This document shows, in pieces, positions 9,566 to 17,979 of a stretch of 64,000 nucleotides of DNA; position 1 is the first letter of the stretch, and each line of letters starts with the position of its first letter. This DNA is from Actinomycetota bacterium (GTDB taxonomy: Bacteria; Actinomycetota; Acidimicrobiia; Acidimicrobiales; VFJN01), in the NCBI GenBank assembly GCA_046726215.1, contig JBKPAA010000008.1:24568-88567 (forward strand), read 5' to 3'. The notes under the pieces are model-generated. The model was not told the DNA's origin and did no database searches. It saw nothing but the letters and a program-made list of their open reading frames with translations. A program made the translations under genes and the position numbers.

Positions 9566-9919
9566 CTAGGTGCCGGCGGGTGCCTGATAGAGGCCGGTGA
9601 CGTTGCCGTCCGCGTCCTTGACCGTTGCGATCAGCGTTCCGCCGCCAACGTCTTGGACGGGTTGGTCGGCTTCCGCGCCGGCGTCCAGGAGTGCCTCGAG
9701 GCTCTTGTTGATGTCGTCGACGTGCCAGTAGCCGATGGGGCCGGTCATGCCCTTGCCGTGGCCGTTGGGATCGAGACCGACGTCGTGACCGGCGGCGTTG
9801 AACGCCACGTAGTACGCCTCGTCCATGTAGGGCTCTAGGCCGAAGAGCGTGCCGTAGAGACGCCCGGCGGCGGCGAGGTCCTTGACCGGGTAGGTGATCG
9901 TCTTCATGCCCGACGTCAT
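9566..9919 (-). CDS. VOC/glyoxalase family protein
   Basis: YPVKDLAAA, YWHVDDI, VKDADGNVTGL; AAGGAG RBS. Confidence 0.9.
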   Translation of the reverse strand: MTSGMKTITYPVKDLAAAGRLYGTLFGLEPYMDEAYYVAFNAAGHDVGLDPNGHGKGMTGPIGYWHVDDINKSLEALLDAGAEADQPVQDVGGGTLIATVKDADGNVTGLYQAPAGT

Positions 9920-9981
9920 CGGGTGCTCCTTGGTGTCGTGTTGGTGTGTTACGCCGATCGGGTGTGGATCGTCAGTGGCAT

Positions 9982-10008
9982 GACGGACCGCGAGGGAAGA
10001 AGGTAACG
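9982..10008 (-). promoter_or_regulatory. ECF41-type promoter for the VOC gene
   Basis: Minus strand CGTTACC-N16-CGTC versus ECF41 consensus TGTCACA-N16-CGTC. Confidence 0.65.
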
Positions 10009-10884
10009 GTGACCGAGCACGACTGGTTGGTGGACCGCTTCGAGGCCAATCGTGCCCACCTGCGGGCAGTGGCGTACCGGATGCTGGGATCGCGGACCGA
10101 GGCCGACGATGCCGTGCAGGAGGCGTGGCTGCGCCTCGGCCGGTCGGATCCGAGTGAGATCGAGAACCTGGGCGGCTGGCTGACGACCGTTGTCGCTCGG
10201 GTGTCGCTGGACATGTTGCGCTCGCGGGCTTCCCGGCGCGAGGACTCCGGCCGTGCGAACCTGGCCGACGCCATCGACGGCGCTGCGTCCGTTGGCGACC
10301 CCGAAGCCGAGGCCCTTCTGGTCGATACGGTCGGCTCGGCGCTGCTCGTGGTCCTCGACACGCTCAGTCCCTCCGAGAGGCTGGCCTTCGTCCTGCACGA
10401 CATCTTCGCCGTGCCGTTCGACGAGATCGGTCCGATCCTCGGCCGTTCCTCGAACGCCGCCAAGCAGCTCGCCAGCCGCGCCCGCCACAAGGTGCAGGGC
10501 ACGGAGCCCGCACCCGACGCCGACCCCGCCCGCCAGCGGGAGGTCGTCGACGCCTTCCTGGCGGCGTCGCGCGGCGGCGACTTCGACGCACTCCTCGCAT
10601 TGCTCGACCCCGAGGTCGTGCTCCAGGCCGACGCCGCCGCCGTGCGGATGGGCTCGCCCCCCGAGATCCGGGGCGCGACGGCGGTTGCGGGCACGTTCTC
10701 GGGCCGGGCCCTCGCGGCCCAGCCGGCGCTCATCGACGGCGTCGCGGGCGTCGCATGGGCCGTGGGCGGGCGACCCAAGGTGGCATGGGACCTGACGATC
10801 AGCGGCGGCAGGATCGTGCACATCGAGATGCTCGCGGCCCCCGACAGCCTCGAGGAGCTCGACCTCGAGCTCCTCGACGACTGA
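10009..10884 (+). CDS. ECF sigma factor with C-terminal SnoaL-like extension (ECF41/SigJ-like)
   Basis: AYRMLGSRTEADDAVQEAWLR; region 4 ERLAFVLHDIF...QLASRAR; extension LLDPEVVLQAD. Confidence 0.93.
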   Translation: MTEHDWLVDRFEANRAHLRAVAYRMLGSRTEADDAVQEAWLRLGRSDPSEIENLGGWLTTVVARVSLDMLRSRASRREDSGRANLADAIDGAASVGDPEAEALLVDTVGSALLVVLDTLSPSERLAFVLHDIFAVPFDEIGPILGRSSNAAKQLASRARHKVQGTEPAPDADPARQREVVDAFLAASRGGDFDALLALLDPEVVLQADAAAVRMGSPPEIRGATAVAGTFSGRALAAQPALIDGVAGVAWAVGGRPKVAWDLTISGGRIVHIEMLAAPDSLEELDLELLDD

Positions 10885-10909
10885 GCAGGAACAGGGTCTT
10901 GGCCCGTCG

Positions 10910-11194
10910 TCATCGACGCCCGCGCAGCCGGGCCTTGCGCAGGGACTCCCGAACGGCCTTCAAGCCAACCGCATCCACATGGGCGATGACGACGCGATGC
11001 GCCGCGTCCATCGCCTCATCGGGCGTCTCGTAGCCGCCAAGCCACAGCCCGTCGGGGGATCCGCACGCCTCGAAGGGGATGAACGCACCCCAGCGGCCAT
11101 CCCAGCCGGGGACGACGTGGGCGAACGAGTAGCCGGTGGCGTCGCTGCCCTCCCAGCCGTCCCGGAACGTCTTCCGGCTCCACGTCAGGCCCAC
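10910..11194 (-). CDS. Hypothetical Trp/Gly-rich protein directly downstream of a LexA box
   Basis: GTG at 11194, 94 aa; divergent from the SRAP gene. Confidence 0.6.
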   Translation of the reverse strand: MGLTWSRKTFRDGWEGSDATGYSFAHVVPGWDGRWGAFIPFEACGSPDGLWLGGYETPDEAMDAAHRVVIAHVDAVGLKAVRESLRKARLRGRR

Positions 11195-11199
11195 ATTGA

Positions 11200-11213
11200 C
11201 GAACGTACGTTCG
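11200..11213. promoter_or_regulatory. LexA (SOS) box
   Basis: Perfect CGAAC-GTAC-GTTCG matching the Gram-positive/actinobacterial CGAAC-N4-GTTCG box; 38 bp upstream of the SRAP start. Confidence 0.85.
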
Positions 11214-11251
11214 CACGACGCGGGCCTCAAGGGCCGATATCGTGCGCGCCC

Positions 11252-11941
11252 GTGTGTGGCCGGTTCACCTCCTCGTCACCGCCCGATGTGGTGGCCGCCT
11301 ACTTCGATGCGGCCATCGGGGAGACGCTGACCGAGCCGTCCTGGAACGTGGCGCCGACCGACGGGGTGCATGCCGTGCTCGAGGCCGATAGCGAGCGGCG
11401 CCTCGACGTGCTGCGTTGGGGCCTCGTGCCGTGGTGGGCGAAGGACACGCGGAGCGCGGCGCGGATGATCAACGCCCGCGCCGAGACCCTGGCGTCCAAG
11501 CCCGCGTACCGGGAGGCGTTCGAGAAGCGCCGCTGCCTGATCCCGGCGGACGGTTTCTACGAGTGGCGCCTCCTCGACGACGGCAACTCCAAGCAGCCCT
11601 ACTTCATCCGCCGCACCGACGGCGACCCCATGGCGTTCGCAGGCCTGGGAGCGATCTGGCGAACGCCGGACGACGGGCGCCTGCGGACCTGCTCCATCGT
11701 CACCACCAGGGCAAACGAGACCGTCGCACCGCTCCACAACCGGATGCCGGTCATCCTTCCGCCCTCGGCCTGGGATGCGTGGCTCGATCCCGCCAACTGG
11801 GACACGGTTACGCTCGCCCGCCTGCTCGTGCCCGCCCCGGCGGAACTGCTGACCACCCATCCGGTGTCCGCGCTCGTGAACAGCGTGCGCAACAACGGAC
11901 CCGAGCTCATCGCCGAGGTGAGCCCGCCATCCTCGGGGTGA
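11252..11941 (+). CDS. SOS response-associated peptidase (SRAP/HMCES/YedK family)
   Basis: N-terminal (M)CGRF, WNVAPT, WGLVPWW, INARAET, RCLIPADGFYEW, HNRMPVIL. Confidence 0.96.
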   Translation: MCGRFTSSSPPDVVAAYFDAAIGETLTEPSWNVAPTDGVHAVLEADSERRLDVLRWGLVPWWAKDTRSAARMINARAETLASKPAYREAFEKRRCLIPADGFYEWRLLDDGNSKQPYFIRRTDGDPMAFAGLGAIWRTPDDGRLRTCSIVTTRANETVAPLHNRMPVILPPSAWDAWLDPANWDTVTLARLLVPAPAELLTTHPVSALVNSVRNNGPELIAEVSPPSSG

Positions 11942-11950
11942 ACTGCCTGC

Positions 11951-11971
11951 AATCCGCCCACCCGGGCGGTT
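11951..11971. terminator. Hairpin between convergent genes
   Basis: CCGCCC-ACCC-GGGCGG just after the SRAP stop. Confidence 0.5.
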
Positions 11972-12117
11972 CCGACCGACGCGGTGCCGCCCCCCGACCA
12001 TGGGCCGAGGGGCGGGCACACGACGGTCCCCCGGTGGGCAGGCCAAAGGGACTGTCGCTGGGCATAGGTACCCGAGCGGCCCTCCGGCCAGTCAACCCTG
12101 GCAATCCGGTTCGTGTG

Positions 12118-12345
12118 TCATCGCCGCCACTGCGACCAGGAACCACCCTCGGTGCCCTGGCTCTCCGCCTCGCGGCGCTGGCGGAGCTGCTCGACGATGT
12201 AGGCGCTGTGCCGATCGAGCGCTTCGACGAACTCGTCGGGCGTGATGATGGCCTTCTCGATCAATAGGTCCCGCAAGGCCAGCACGGCGGCGGTTGACGC
12301 GACGATCCCGCCCTCAGCCGGGTCGAGCATGTCGTCCGCGGTCAT
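12118..12345 (-). CDS. Hypothetical protein
   Basis: 75 aa; ALRDLLIEKAIITPDEFVEAL helical segment. Confidence 0.6.
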   Translation of the reverse strand: MTADDMLDPAEGGIVASTAAVLALRDLLIEKAIITPDEFVEALDRHSAYIVEQLRQRREAESQGTEGGSWSQWRR

Positions 12346-12387
12346 GTCGGATAGCTTGCCACCCCCGTGGTCGCCACCTCATGTGCA

Positions 12388-12639
12388 TCACGGCGATCCC
12401 AGGTCGCGCGCCCATCCGTCGTCGGCGGCCGCGGGCTCTGCGACGAGGTGAACCTCGAGCAGCTCGAGGCCGAGAGCGTTGATCCGGGCGATCAAGCCCT
12501 GTAGTCGCGCCTGATCGGGCACTCCGCTGCGGACCGTCGTGACCCCGTGTTCGACTGCGACCTCACATCCCGGGAAGGCGGCGGCCAGCGTGTGACTCGC
12601 GGCGCCCTTGAATGAGATCTCGTAGACCAGATCGGCCAT
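12388..12639 (-). CDS. Small ACT-like protein of the type found beside actinobacterial MalT/LAL regulators
   Basis: YEISFKG...AAAFP...TTVRSGVPDQARLQGLIARINALGLELLEV; 83 aa. Confidence 0.8.
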   Translation of the reverse strand: MADLVYEISFKGAASHTLAAAFPGCEVAVEHGVTTVRSGVPDQARLQGLIARINALGLELLEVHLVAEPAAADDGWARDLGSP

Positions 12640-12676
12640 GTGCTGCCCCCGGATTGTGGACCGGACGAGGCCACAG

Positions 12677-12719
12677 TGGCCGAGGCCGGGGTGAGGGATC
12701 ACCACCCACTGGTGGGTGA
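12677..12719. promoter_or_regulatory. Paired TCACCC-N6-GGGTGA-type sites, pair 1
   Basis: CCACCC-ACTGGT-GGGTGA at 12702-12719 plus GGGTGA half-site 25 bp to the left (12689-12694). Confidence 0.7.
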
Positions 12720-12838
12720 AACCCACGGTCGCCTGGTACCGGGGAGCAGACGACGCGTCGGCCTGGCGGTGGCGCTCGAGCTGGCTACGCTGCGGCGAAG
12801 CATCGGAATCACAGTGTCGGGCCGAAGGCGGGAGCTCG

Positions 12839-15451
12839 ATGAGCGTTGAGGAGATGGTGGTGGCTCGGGCGAAGTTCGGGGTGCCGCGCGTCCCCAGCGC
12901 CACCGTCCGCCGCGATGCCCTGGTCAAGCGGCTGGACACCGCCGCCGACTGTCCTCTGACGCTCGTCGTGGCGGCCCCTGGGTCGGGCAAGACCGCGCTG
13001 CTAGCAGAGTGGGTCGGCGCGGCCGACCGTTCGATCAGCTGGATGTCGTGTGACACTACGGATGCCGAGCCGCTCTGCTTCTGGCGCAGCGTCGTCACCA
13101 GCGTCGCCCAGACCTGCCACGACCTCGGAATAGCGGCCGCGGAGCTCGTCGAGGAGCCCGGCACCGAGCGGCTCGCGATCGGCCTGGCCAACGAGCTCAC
13201 GGCCCTGAACCAGCCGTGTGTGATCGTCATCGACGACTTCCACCTGGCCCACGCCGAACCGGCGGTGATGGCGGCGTTCATTGCCGCCCTGCCACGATCG
13301 GTGCGGCTCGTGCTGGCGACTCGCTCGGACCCCCCTTTCCCGCTGGGACGCCTGCGGGTACAGGGCAAGTTGCTGGAGCTTCGCCAGGCCGACCTGGCGC
13401 TCACGACCGACGAGGCACGCCGGCTCCTGGGTGAATTGGGGGTCGTTCTCGGCGAGGGCGAGCTCGAGGACCTGGTCGCGCTCAGCGAGGGTTGGCCCGC
13501 CGGTGTTCACCTCGCGGGCCTCTGGGCTCGAGCCCACGACGACCCGGGCGCGCTCCTGCGCAGCATGGGGACGACCGACCGCAGCCTCGTCGACTTCCTG
13601 ATGACCGAGGTGATCGAGCTTCAGCCGCCGGACATCGTCGACTTCCTCATGGTCAGCGCCGAGCTCGAGTGGTTCGATGCCGCGCTGTGCGACGAGGTTC
13701 GCTCACGCCACGACAGCGCCGAGATGTTGGCGAGGGTGCGGGCCGCCAACCTGTTTCTGGTCGAGCCCGTCCGCGAGGGCGCGAAGTACCGCTACCACCA
13801 CCTTTTCGGGCAGTTCCTCCGCAGTCACCTGCGTGCCGTAGCCCCCGAACGCCTGCCCGCCATCCATCGGGCCGCCGCCGCGGCGAACCTGGCACGTCGA
13901 GATCCCATGGGCGCGGTGGCTCACAGCCTGCGGGCGCGGGATGCCGCTGCGGCGATGGCGCAGCTCCAGGCACATGTGACGAGCGCCTGGTCGATCGAGG
14001 ATGCGGCGCTCGCCAGTGCCACCATCCGAGCCTGGCTCACCGAGCACGAGTCACTTGACGGCGAGCGGGCACCCGCCGGCGTCCTGGTCTGCGCGGTCGT
14101 CTTCGGCATGGTCGGCGATCGCGATGAGGCAGCATCGTGGCTGCGCTGGGTGGAAGCCCGCGAGGCCGACCTCGACCCCCTGGAGCGGTTCCTGTTGCAC
14201 GCGGTGTGGATCCACCACCTCGTCCAGGCCGGTGACCCCGGAGCCGCCCTGGAGCGGGCGGGCCGGGCTCGCGCCGTGCTGCGCGAGAACGACATCGACA
14301 CCGTGTGGGCAGAGCCCCTGACGTTCCTGGAAGCGCAGGCACAGCTGTGGCTCGGTGACGTCGTGGGGGCCGAAGCGACGCTGGAGCCGGATCCCGGCCG
14401 CCGGGATCGGTCGCCCGTGATCAGGCGGGTCAGGCGGCCGGGATGCGCCTCACTCATCGCGCTGCAGCGGGGCGAGCTCGTCGAAGCTGAACGGTTGGCC
14501 ATGGCGGCGATCGCCGCCGCCGACGAGCTCGGTCTGGACGACGGCAACTATGGACGGGCGGAGCCGGAGTTCGCCCTCGCCCAGCTGGCGCTCGAGCAGA
14601 ACCGGCTCGAGGACGCCGATCGCCGCCTAGAACAGGTCATGCGAATCGTCGAGGAGGGACGGCGTCCACCGATGGAGCTGCTCGGCCACCTGCGGGGCGC
14701 GCAGATCGCCTCCGTCCGTGGGGATCACGACGCCGCTGCCGAGGGCATCGAACGAGCCCGAGCCGCCATCCCCAACGCCATGCCTCCGGTCGTCGCCTGG
14801 ATCGACCGCGCCGAGTTGCGTTTGGCCCTTCAGCGGAGCGACAGGGCCACCGCCGAGCGGCTCCAGCCGCGCCTGCCGAAGTCTCCCGAGACGGCGCTGC
14901 TCACCGCCCGCCTGCGGCTGCTGGCCGACGACCCGGGTGGCGCGCTCAGCGTCCTCGAAACCGTCGCCGAAGGGGTCTCCACCCGGCGCCTCGACGTCGA
15001 ACGCCAGCTCCTCACGGCAATCGCCATGGCTGATTCCAACCCACCGCGGGCGCACGCGGCCCTCGAGGGCGCACTCACGCTGGCCGAGCCCGTCGGCCTC
15101 CACCGCACGCTCCTGGCCGAGGGCCCGGTTCTGTGGAAGCTCCTCGAAGCGCACCCGGCCCACGGCCGCATCGCCGACTACATCACCGGCATCCTCGACA
15201 ACACGCATCGGGTCGCGCTGGGGCCACCACCCGCCAATGCACGGCAGTCGGGCCTCGTCGACCCGCTCAGCGATCGCGAGCTCACCGTCCTCCGCCTCCT
15301 CGCCAGCCGGCTCACGTGCAGCGAGATCGCCCGCGAGCTCTACCTGTCCGTGAACACGGTGCGCTCCCACGTGAAGGCGATCTACCGCAAGCTCGGTGTC
15401 AACGCGCGTACCGACGCCGTCAAGAGGGGTCACGCTCTCGGCCTTGCCTGA
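12839..15451 (+). CDS. MalT-like large ATP-binding LuxR-family (LAL) regulator
   Basis: Walker A APGSGKT, Walker B IVIDDFH, EGWPAG, YRYHHLF, C-terminal LuxR HTH LSDRELTVL...SVNTVRSHVKAIYRKLGV. Confidence 0.95.
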   Translation: MSVEEMVVARAKFGVPRVPSATVRRDALVKRLDTAADCPLTLVVAAPGSGKTALLAEWVGAADRSISWMSCDTTDAEPLCFWRSVVTSVAQTCHDLGIAAAELVEEPGTERLAIGLANELTALNQPCVIVIDDFHLAHAEPAVMAAFIAALPRSVRLVLATRSDPPFPLGRLRVQGKLLELRQADLALTTDEARRLLGELGVVLGEGELEDLVALSEGWPAGVHLAGLWARAHDDPGALLRSMGTTDRSLVDFLMTEVIELQPPDIVDFLMVSAELEWFDAALCDEVRSRHDSAEMLARVRAANLFLVEPVREGAKYRYHHLFGQFLRSHLRAVAPERLPAIHRAAAAANLARRDPMGAVAHSLRARDAAAAMAQLQAHVTSAWSIEDAALASATIRAWLTEHESLDGERAPAGVLVCAVVFGMVGDRDEAASWLRWVEAREADLDPLERFLLHAVWIHHLVQAGDPGAALERAGRARAVLRENDIDTVWAEPLTFLEAQAQLWLGDVVGAEATLEPDPGRRDRSPVIRRVRRPGCASLIALQRGELVEAERLAMAAIAAADELGLDDGNYGRAEPEFALAQLALEQNRLEDADRRLEQVMRIVEEGRRPPMELLGHLRGAQIASVRGDHDAAAEGIERARAAIPNAMPPVVAWIDRAELRLALQRSDRATAERLQPRLPKSPETALLTARLRLLADDPGGALSVLETVAEGVSTRRLDVERQLLTAIAMADSNPPRAHAALEGALTLAEPVGLHRTLLAEGPVLWKLLEAHPAHGRIADYITGILDNTHRVALGPPPANARQSGLVDPLSDRELTVLRLLASRLTCSEIARELYLSVNTVRSHVKAIYRKLGVNARTDAVKRGHALGLA

Positions 15452-15456
15452 CCTAC

Positions 15457-15480
15457 CGATGCGACCCCACGGTCGCATCG
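15457..15480. terminator. Perfect 10 bp stem hairpin after the LAL stop
   Basis: CGATGCGACC-CCAC-GGTCGCATCG. Confidence 0.7.
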
Positions 15481-15595
15481 CTCGGGACCTCCGGCGAGGA
15501 ACGGCGCTGGTGGCCGGGCTGTGGCGCACGTCCCATCCAGGGGGGAGGACCCGTCCGCCGTGGACGCTCGCCGACAGCCCGGCACGTGGCAACGA

Positions 15596-15638
15596 AACGC
15601 CGCACCCGGGTGACGGCACATCACCCGTCACTGGGTGA
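15596..15638. promoter_or_regulatory. Paired TCACCC-N6-GGGTGA sites, pair 2
   Basis: TCACCC-GTCACT-GGGTGA at 15621-15638 plus GGGTGA half-site 25 bp to the left (15608-15613). Confidence 0.75.
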
Positions 15639-15729
15639 ACGGTGCCGGGCGGTCGCGGCCCGCGCGTGGGACCGATGCTCCAGTTGCCTACCGCCGGGAC
15701 CGTCCGTGTTGCGCCGTTCGGCGGCCCAA

Positions 15730-15772
15730 TCACCTGCCGGTAGGTGAGGTGCGTTCACCCGGATCGGGACTC
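15730..15772. promoter_or_regulatory. Paired TCACCC-N6-GGGTGA-type sites, pair 3
   Basis: TCACCT-GCCGGT-AGGTGA at 15730-15747 plus TCACCC half-site 25 bp to the right (15755-15760). Confidence 0.75.
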
Positions 15773-15845
15773 CAGTGGCCGAAAATGCGAGCGGCCGTGC
15801 CGCGAACCACCGCCGCTCGACCACCTCATCCACCAGGAGCATCCC

Positions 15846-16094
15846 GTGATTGTCCCCGCTCGTGGCCTCGTCGACACGTTCTGGTCGGTGCTGCGGGTCT
15901 TCCTGTTCGCCGGACGACGGCAACGGGTGGACAAGCAGGAGGACGACGCGCGCCGCAGCGGCGCCGAGGACGTCGCCCCCACGAGCGCCCCTAACCCGGC
16001 CGTCGAGGTTGTCACGCTGGCCGAGCTTCACGACCGGGGTCTCCTGAGCGACGAGGAGTACGTTCGCCGGAGGACGCAGGCGCTCACCACCTGA
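15846..16094 (+). CDS. SHOCT domain protein, apparently internally shortened
   Basis: AGGAG RBS then GTG; LVDTFWSVLRVFLF; C-term LAELHDRGLLSDEEYVRRRTQAL. Confidence 0.75.
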   Translation: MIVPARGLVDTFWSVLRVFLFAGRRQRVDKQEDDARRSGAEDVAPTSAPNPAVEVVTLAELHDRGLLSDEEYVRRRTQALTT

Positions 16095-16235
16095 CGGCAC
16101 GAAGCCTGCGTGCACTGGACGTGGACGCAGGCGGAGGCATACCCACAACGTGGACGCCACCTCGGTACTGTCCCGCTGCCCGTCCTCGCCGTCGCCGCGA
16201 TGCGGTGGGCCGTCACTGACAGAGGAAGAGAGCAA

Positions 16236-17426
16236 ATGGTGAGCAGCGAGACCGCCGACACGGCAGCCGCGTCGAGCCCCCGGCGTCGGCCGGCCTGGCG
16301 CCGCGGCCTCGCAGCCCTGGCGCTGTTACTTGGGTGCCTTCTGTTGCTGATCGCGAACCTGGCGATCTTCGCCCGGACCCTCATCTTCGACACCGACACG
16401 TTCGCCGACGTGGTGGCGCCGGAGAAGCCCGACGAGCACGTGATCGCGGGCGTGGCCGACACGCTGTCAAACAAGATCGCCACGTCGACCCGCGTGCAGG
16501 ACCGGATCCAGGAGTTGACCCCCCGCGACAACGCTCTCGTGGCCGCCGCCGTCGCCAACGCCGCGGAAAACCTGATCGACAGCACCGTGCGCGCGGTGAT
16601 GCGGAGCGATCAGTTCCGCGGCGTGTGGCGCGGCGTCGTGGTTCGGGCCCACGAGCGATTCGTCGCGCTGGTCGAGAACGACGACCGCGAGCCCGTGACG
16701 CTCAACCTCCGACCGGCGGTCGAACAGGTCGATCAGCGCCTCGAGGCACGCGGCATCGACCTGATCGACGGCGCCGCGCTCGACGACGTCAGCGAGGTGG
16801 TCGCGCTGCGCCGCGCACAGATCGACGACGTGCGCGAGACCGCGGACCTGGTCCGGCGGCTGGTGATCGTGCTGCCCATCGCGGCCGTCCTGTTCATCGC
16901 CGCCGCCGTCGTACTGGCACCCGATCGGCGGAGGATGCTGGCCCGTGCCGGTGTCGGGATCGTCATCGTCATGGTGGTGACCGGCCTGGCCCTGCGGATC
17001 GCCCGAAGGGCCATCACCGACCGGGTCGAGGTCGACGTCCGGCGGCAGGCCGTGGAGTCTCTCTGGGGCCGCATGTTCGAGACCTTGTTCCAGCAGACCG
17101 CGGCCCTGGCGGCGCTCGGCCTGGTGATTGCGCTGGGCGCCTGGCTTGCCGGGCCCTCGCGGCCCGCAGTCGGGCTGCGCACCCGCGTCAAGTCGATCCG
17201 CGGCGGGGGAGCAGGCGAGCCTGCCCCCGAGCCTTCCCGCCTCGGCCGGGCGCTGGCCGAGCACCGCACGGGCGTGCGCCTCGGCATCCTTGCCGTCGCC
17301 GCCGGCGTGCTCCTCCTGTTGCCCGGGACGAGCGCGCTCGCGATCGTCGTCGTCGCGCTGCTGGCCTTGGCCGCCATCATCGGCGTGGAGATCCTCGCCG
17401 GGCCACCTCGAGCACCCGCCGCATGA
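16236..17426 (+). CDS. Multi-pass integral membrane protein
   Basis: N-terminal TM helix, extracytoplasmic helical region (DTDTFADVVAP), about five further hydrophobic segments. Confidence 0.85.
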   Translation: MVSSETADTAAASSPRRRPAWRRGLAALALLLGCLLLLIANLAIFARTLIFDTDTFADVVAPEKPDEHVIAGVADTLSNKIATSTRVQDRIQELTPRDNALVAAAVANAAENLIDSTVRAVMRSDQFRGVWRGVVVRAHERFVALVENDDREPVTLNLRPAVEQVDQRLEARGIDLIDGAALDDVSEVVALRRAQIDDVRETADLVRRLVIVLPIAAVLFIAAAVVLAPDRRRMLARAGVGIVIVMVVTGLALRIARRAITDRVEVDVRRQAVESLWGRMFETLFQQTAALAALGLVIALGAWLAGPSRPAVGLRTRVKSIRGGGAGEPAPEPSRLGRALAEHRTGVRLGILAVAAGVLLLLPGTSALAIVVVALLALAAIIGVEILAGPPRAPAA

Positions 17427-17451
17427 GCCACCGCCGTCCTAGCCTGCGGGA

Positions 17452-17880
17452 ATGAGCCTTTCCGACCAGGACGTCGACTTCCTGACCCGCAACCACTCGG
17501 CGGCGATGATCACCGTCGGGCGCAACGGCACCCCCAAGGCGGCGCGCGTCGGCGTGGCGCTCGTTGACGGCAAGCTCTGGAGCAGCGGCACGGCCGACCG
17601 GGTGCGGACGCGCCGGCTGCGTCGCGACCCCCGCTGCACCCTGTTCGTCTACGACACCGGCTTCGCCTGGCTGGCGCTGGAGACCTCCGTGACGATCCTC
17701 GACGGCTCCGACGCCCCGGAGCGCAGCCTGCGCCTGTTTCGCGTCATGCAGGACCGACCGACCGGCCCGCTGAGCTGGTACGGCGGGGAGCTCGCCGAGG
17801 ACGAGTTCCTCCAAGCCATGGTCGACGAGGGGCGTCTCGTCTACGAGTTCGAGGTCCACCACCGCTACGGGCTGCACTGA
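17452..17880 (+). CDS. PPOX-class (split beta-barrel) probable F420-dependent protein
   Basis: AAMITVGRNGTP, RVRTRRLRRDPRCTLFV; TAGCCT -10 at 17440-17445. Confidence 0.85.
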   Translation: MSLSDQDVDFLTRNHSAAMITVGRNGTPKAARVGVALVDGKLWSSGTADRVRTRRLRRDPRCTLFVYDTGFAWLALETSVTILDGSDAPERSLRLFRVMQDRPTGPLSWYGGELAEDEFLQAMVDEGRLVYEFEVHHRYGLH

Positions 17881-17979
17881 CGGTCAGAATGGGCGAAGTG
17901 ACCGCGCAGCAGTCGCTTGCTGCGGGAGCCGCCGTGCTGGGCGCGACATCGGGGAGCGCCATGCCGGTCAGCCGCCCGT

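Noticed and set aside
11972-12117. Hairpins and a GGGTAC element between SRAP and the 75 aa ORF as a possible sRNA
   Set aside because: Explicable as terminators between convergent genes in high-GC DNA; no independent support
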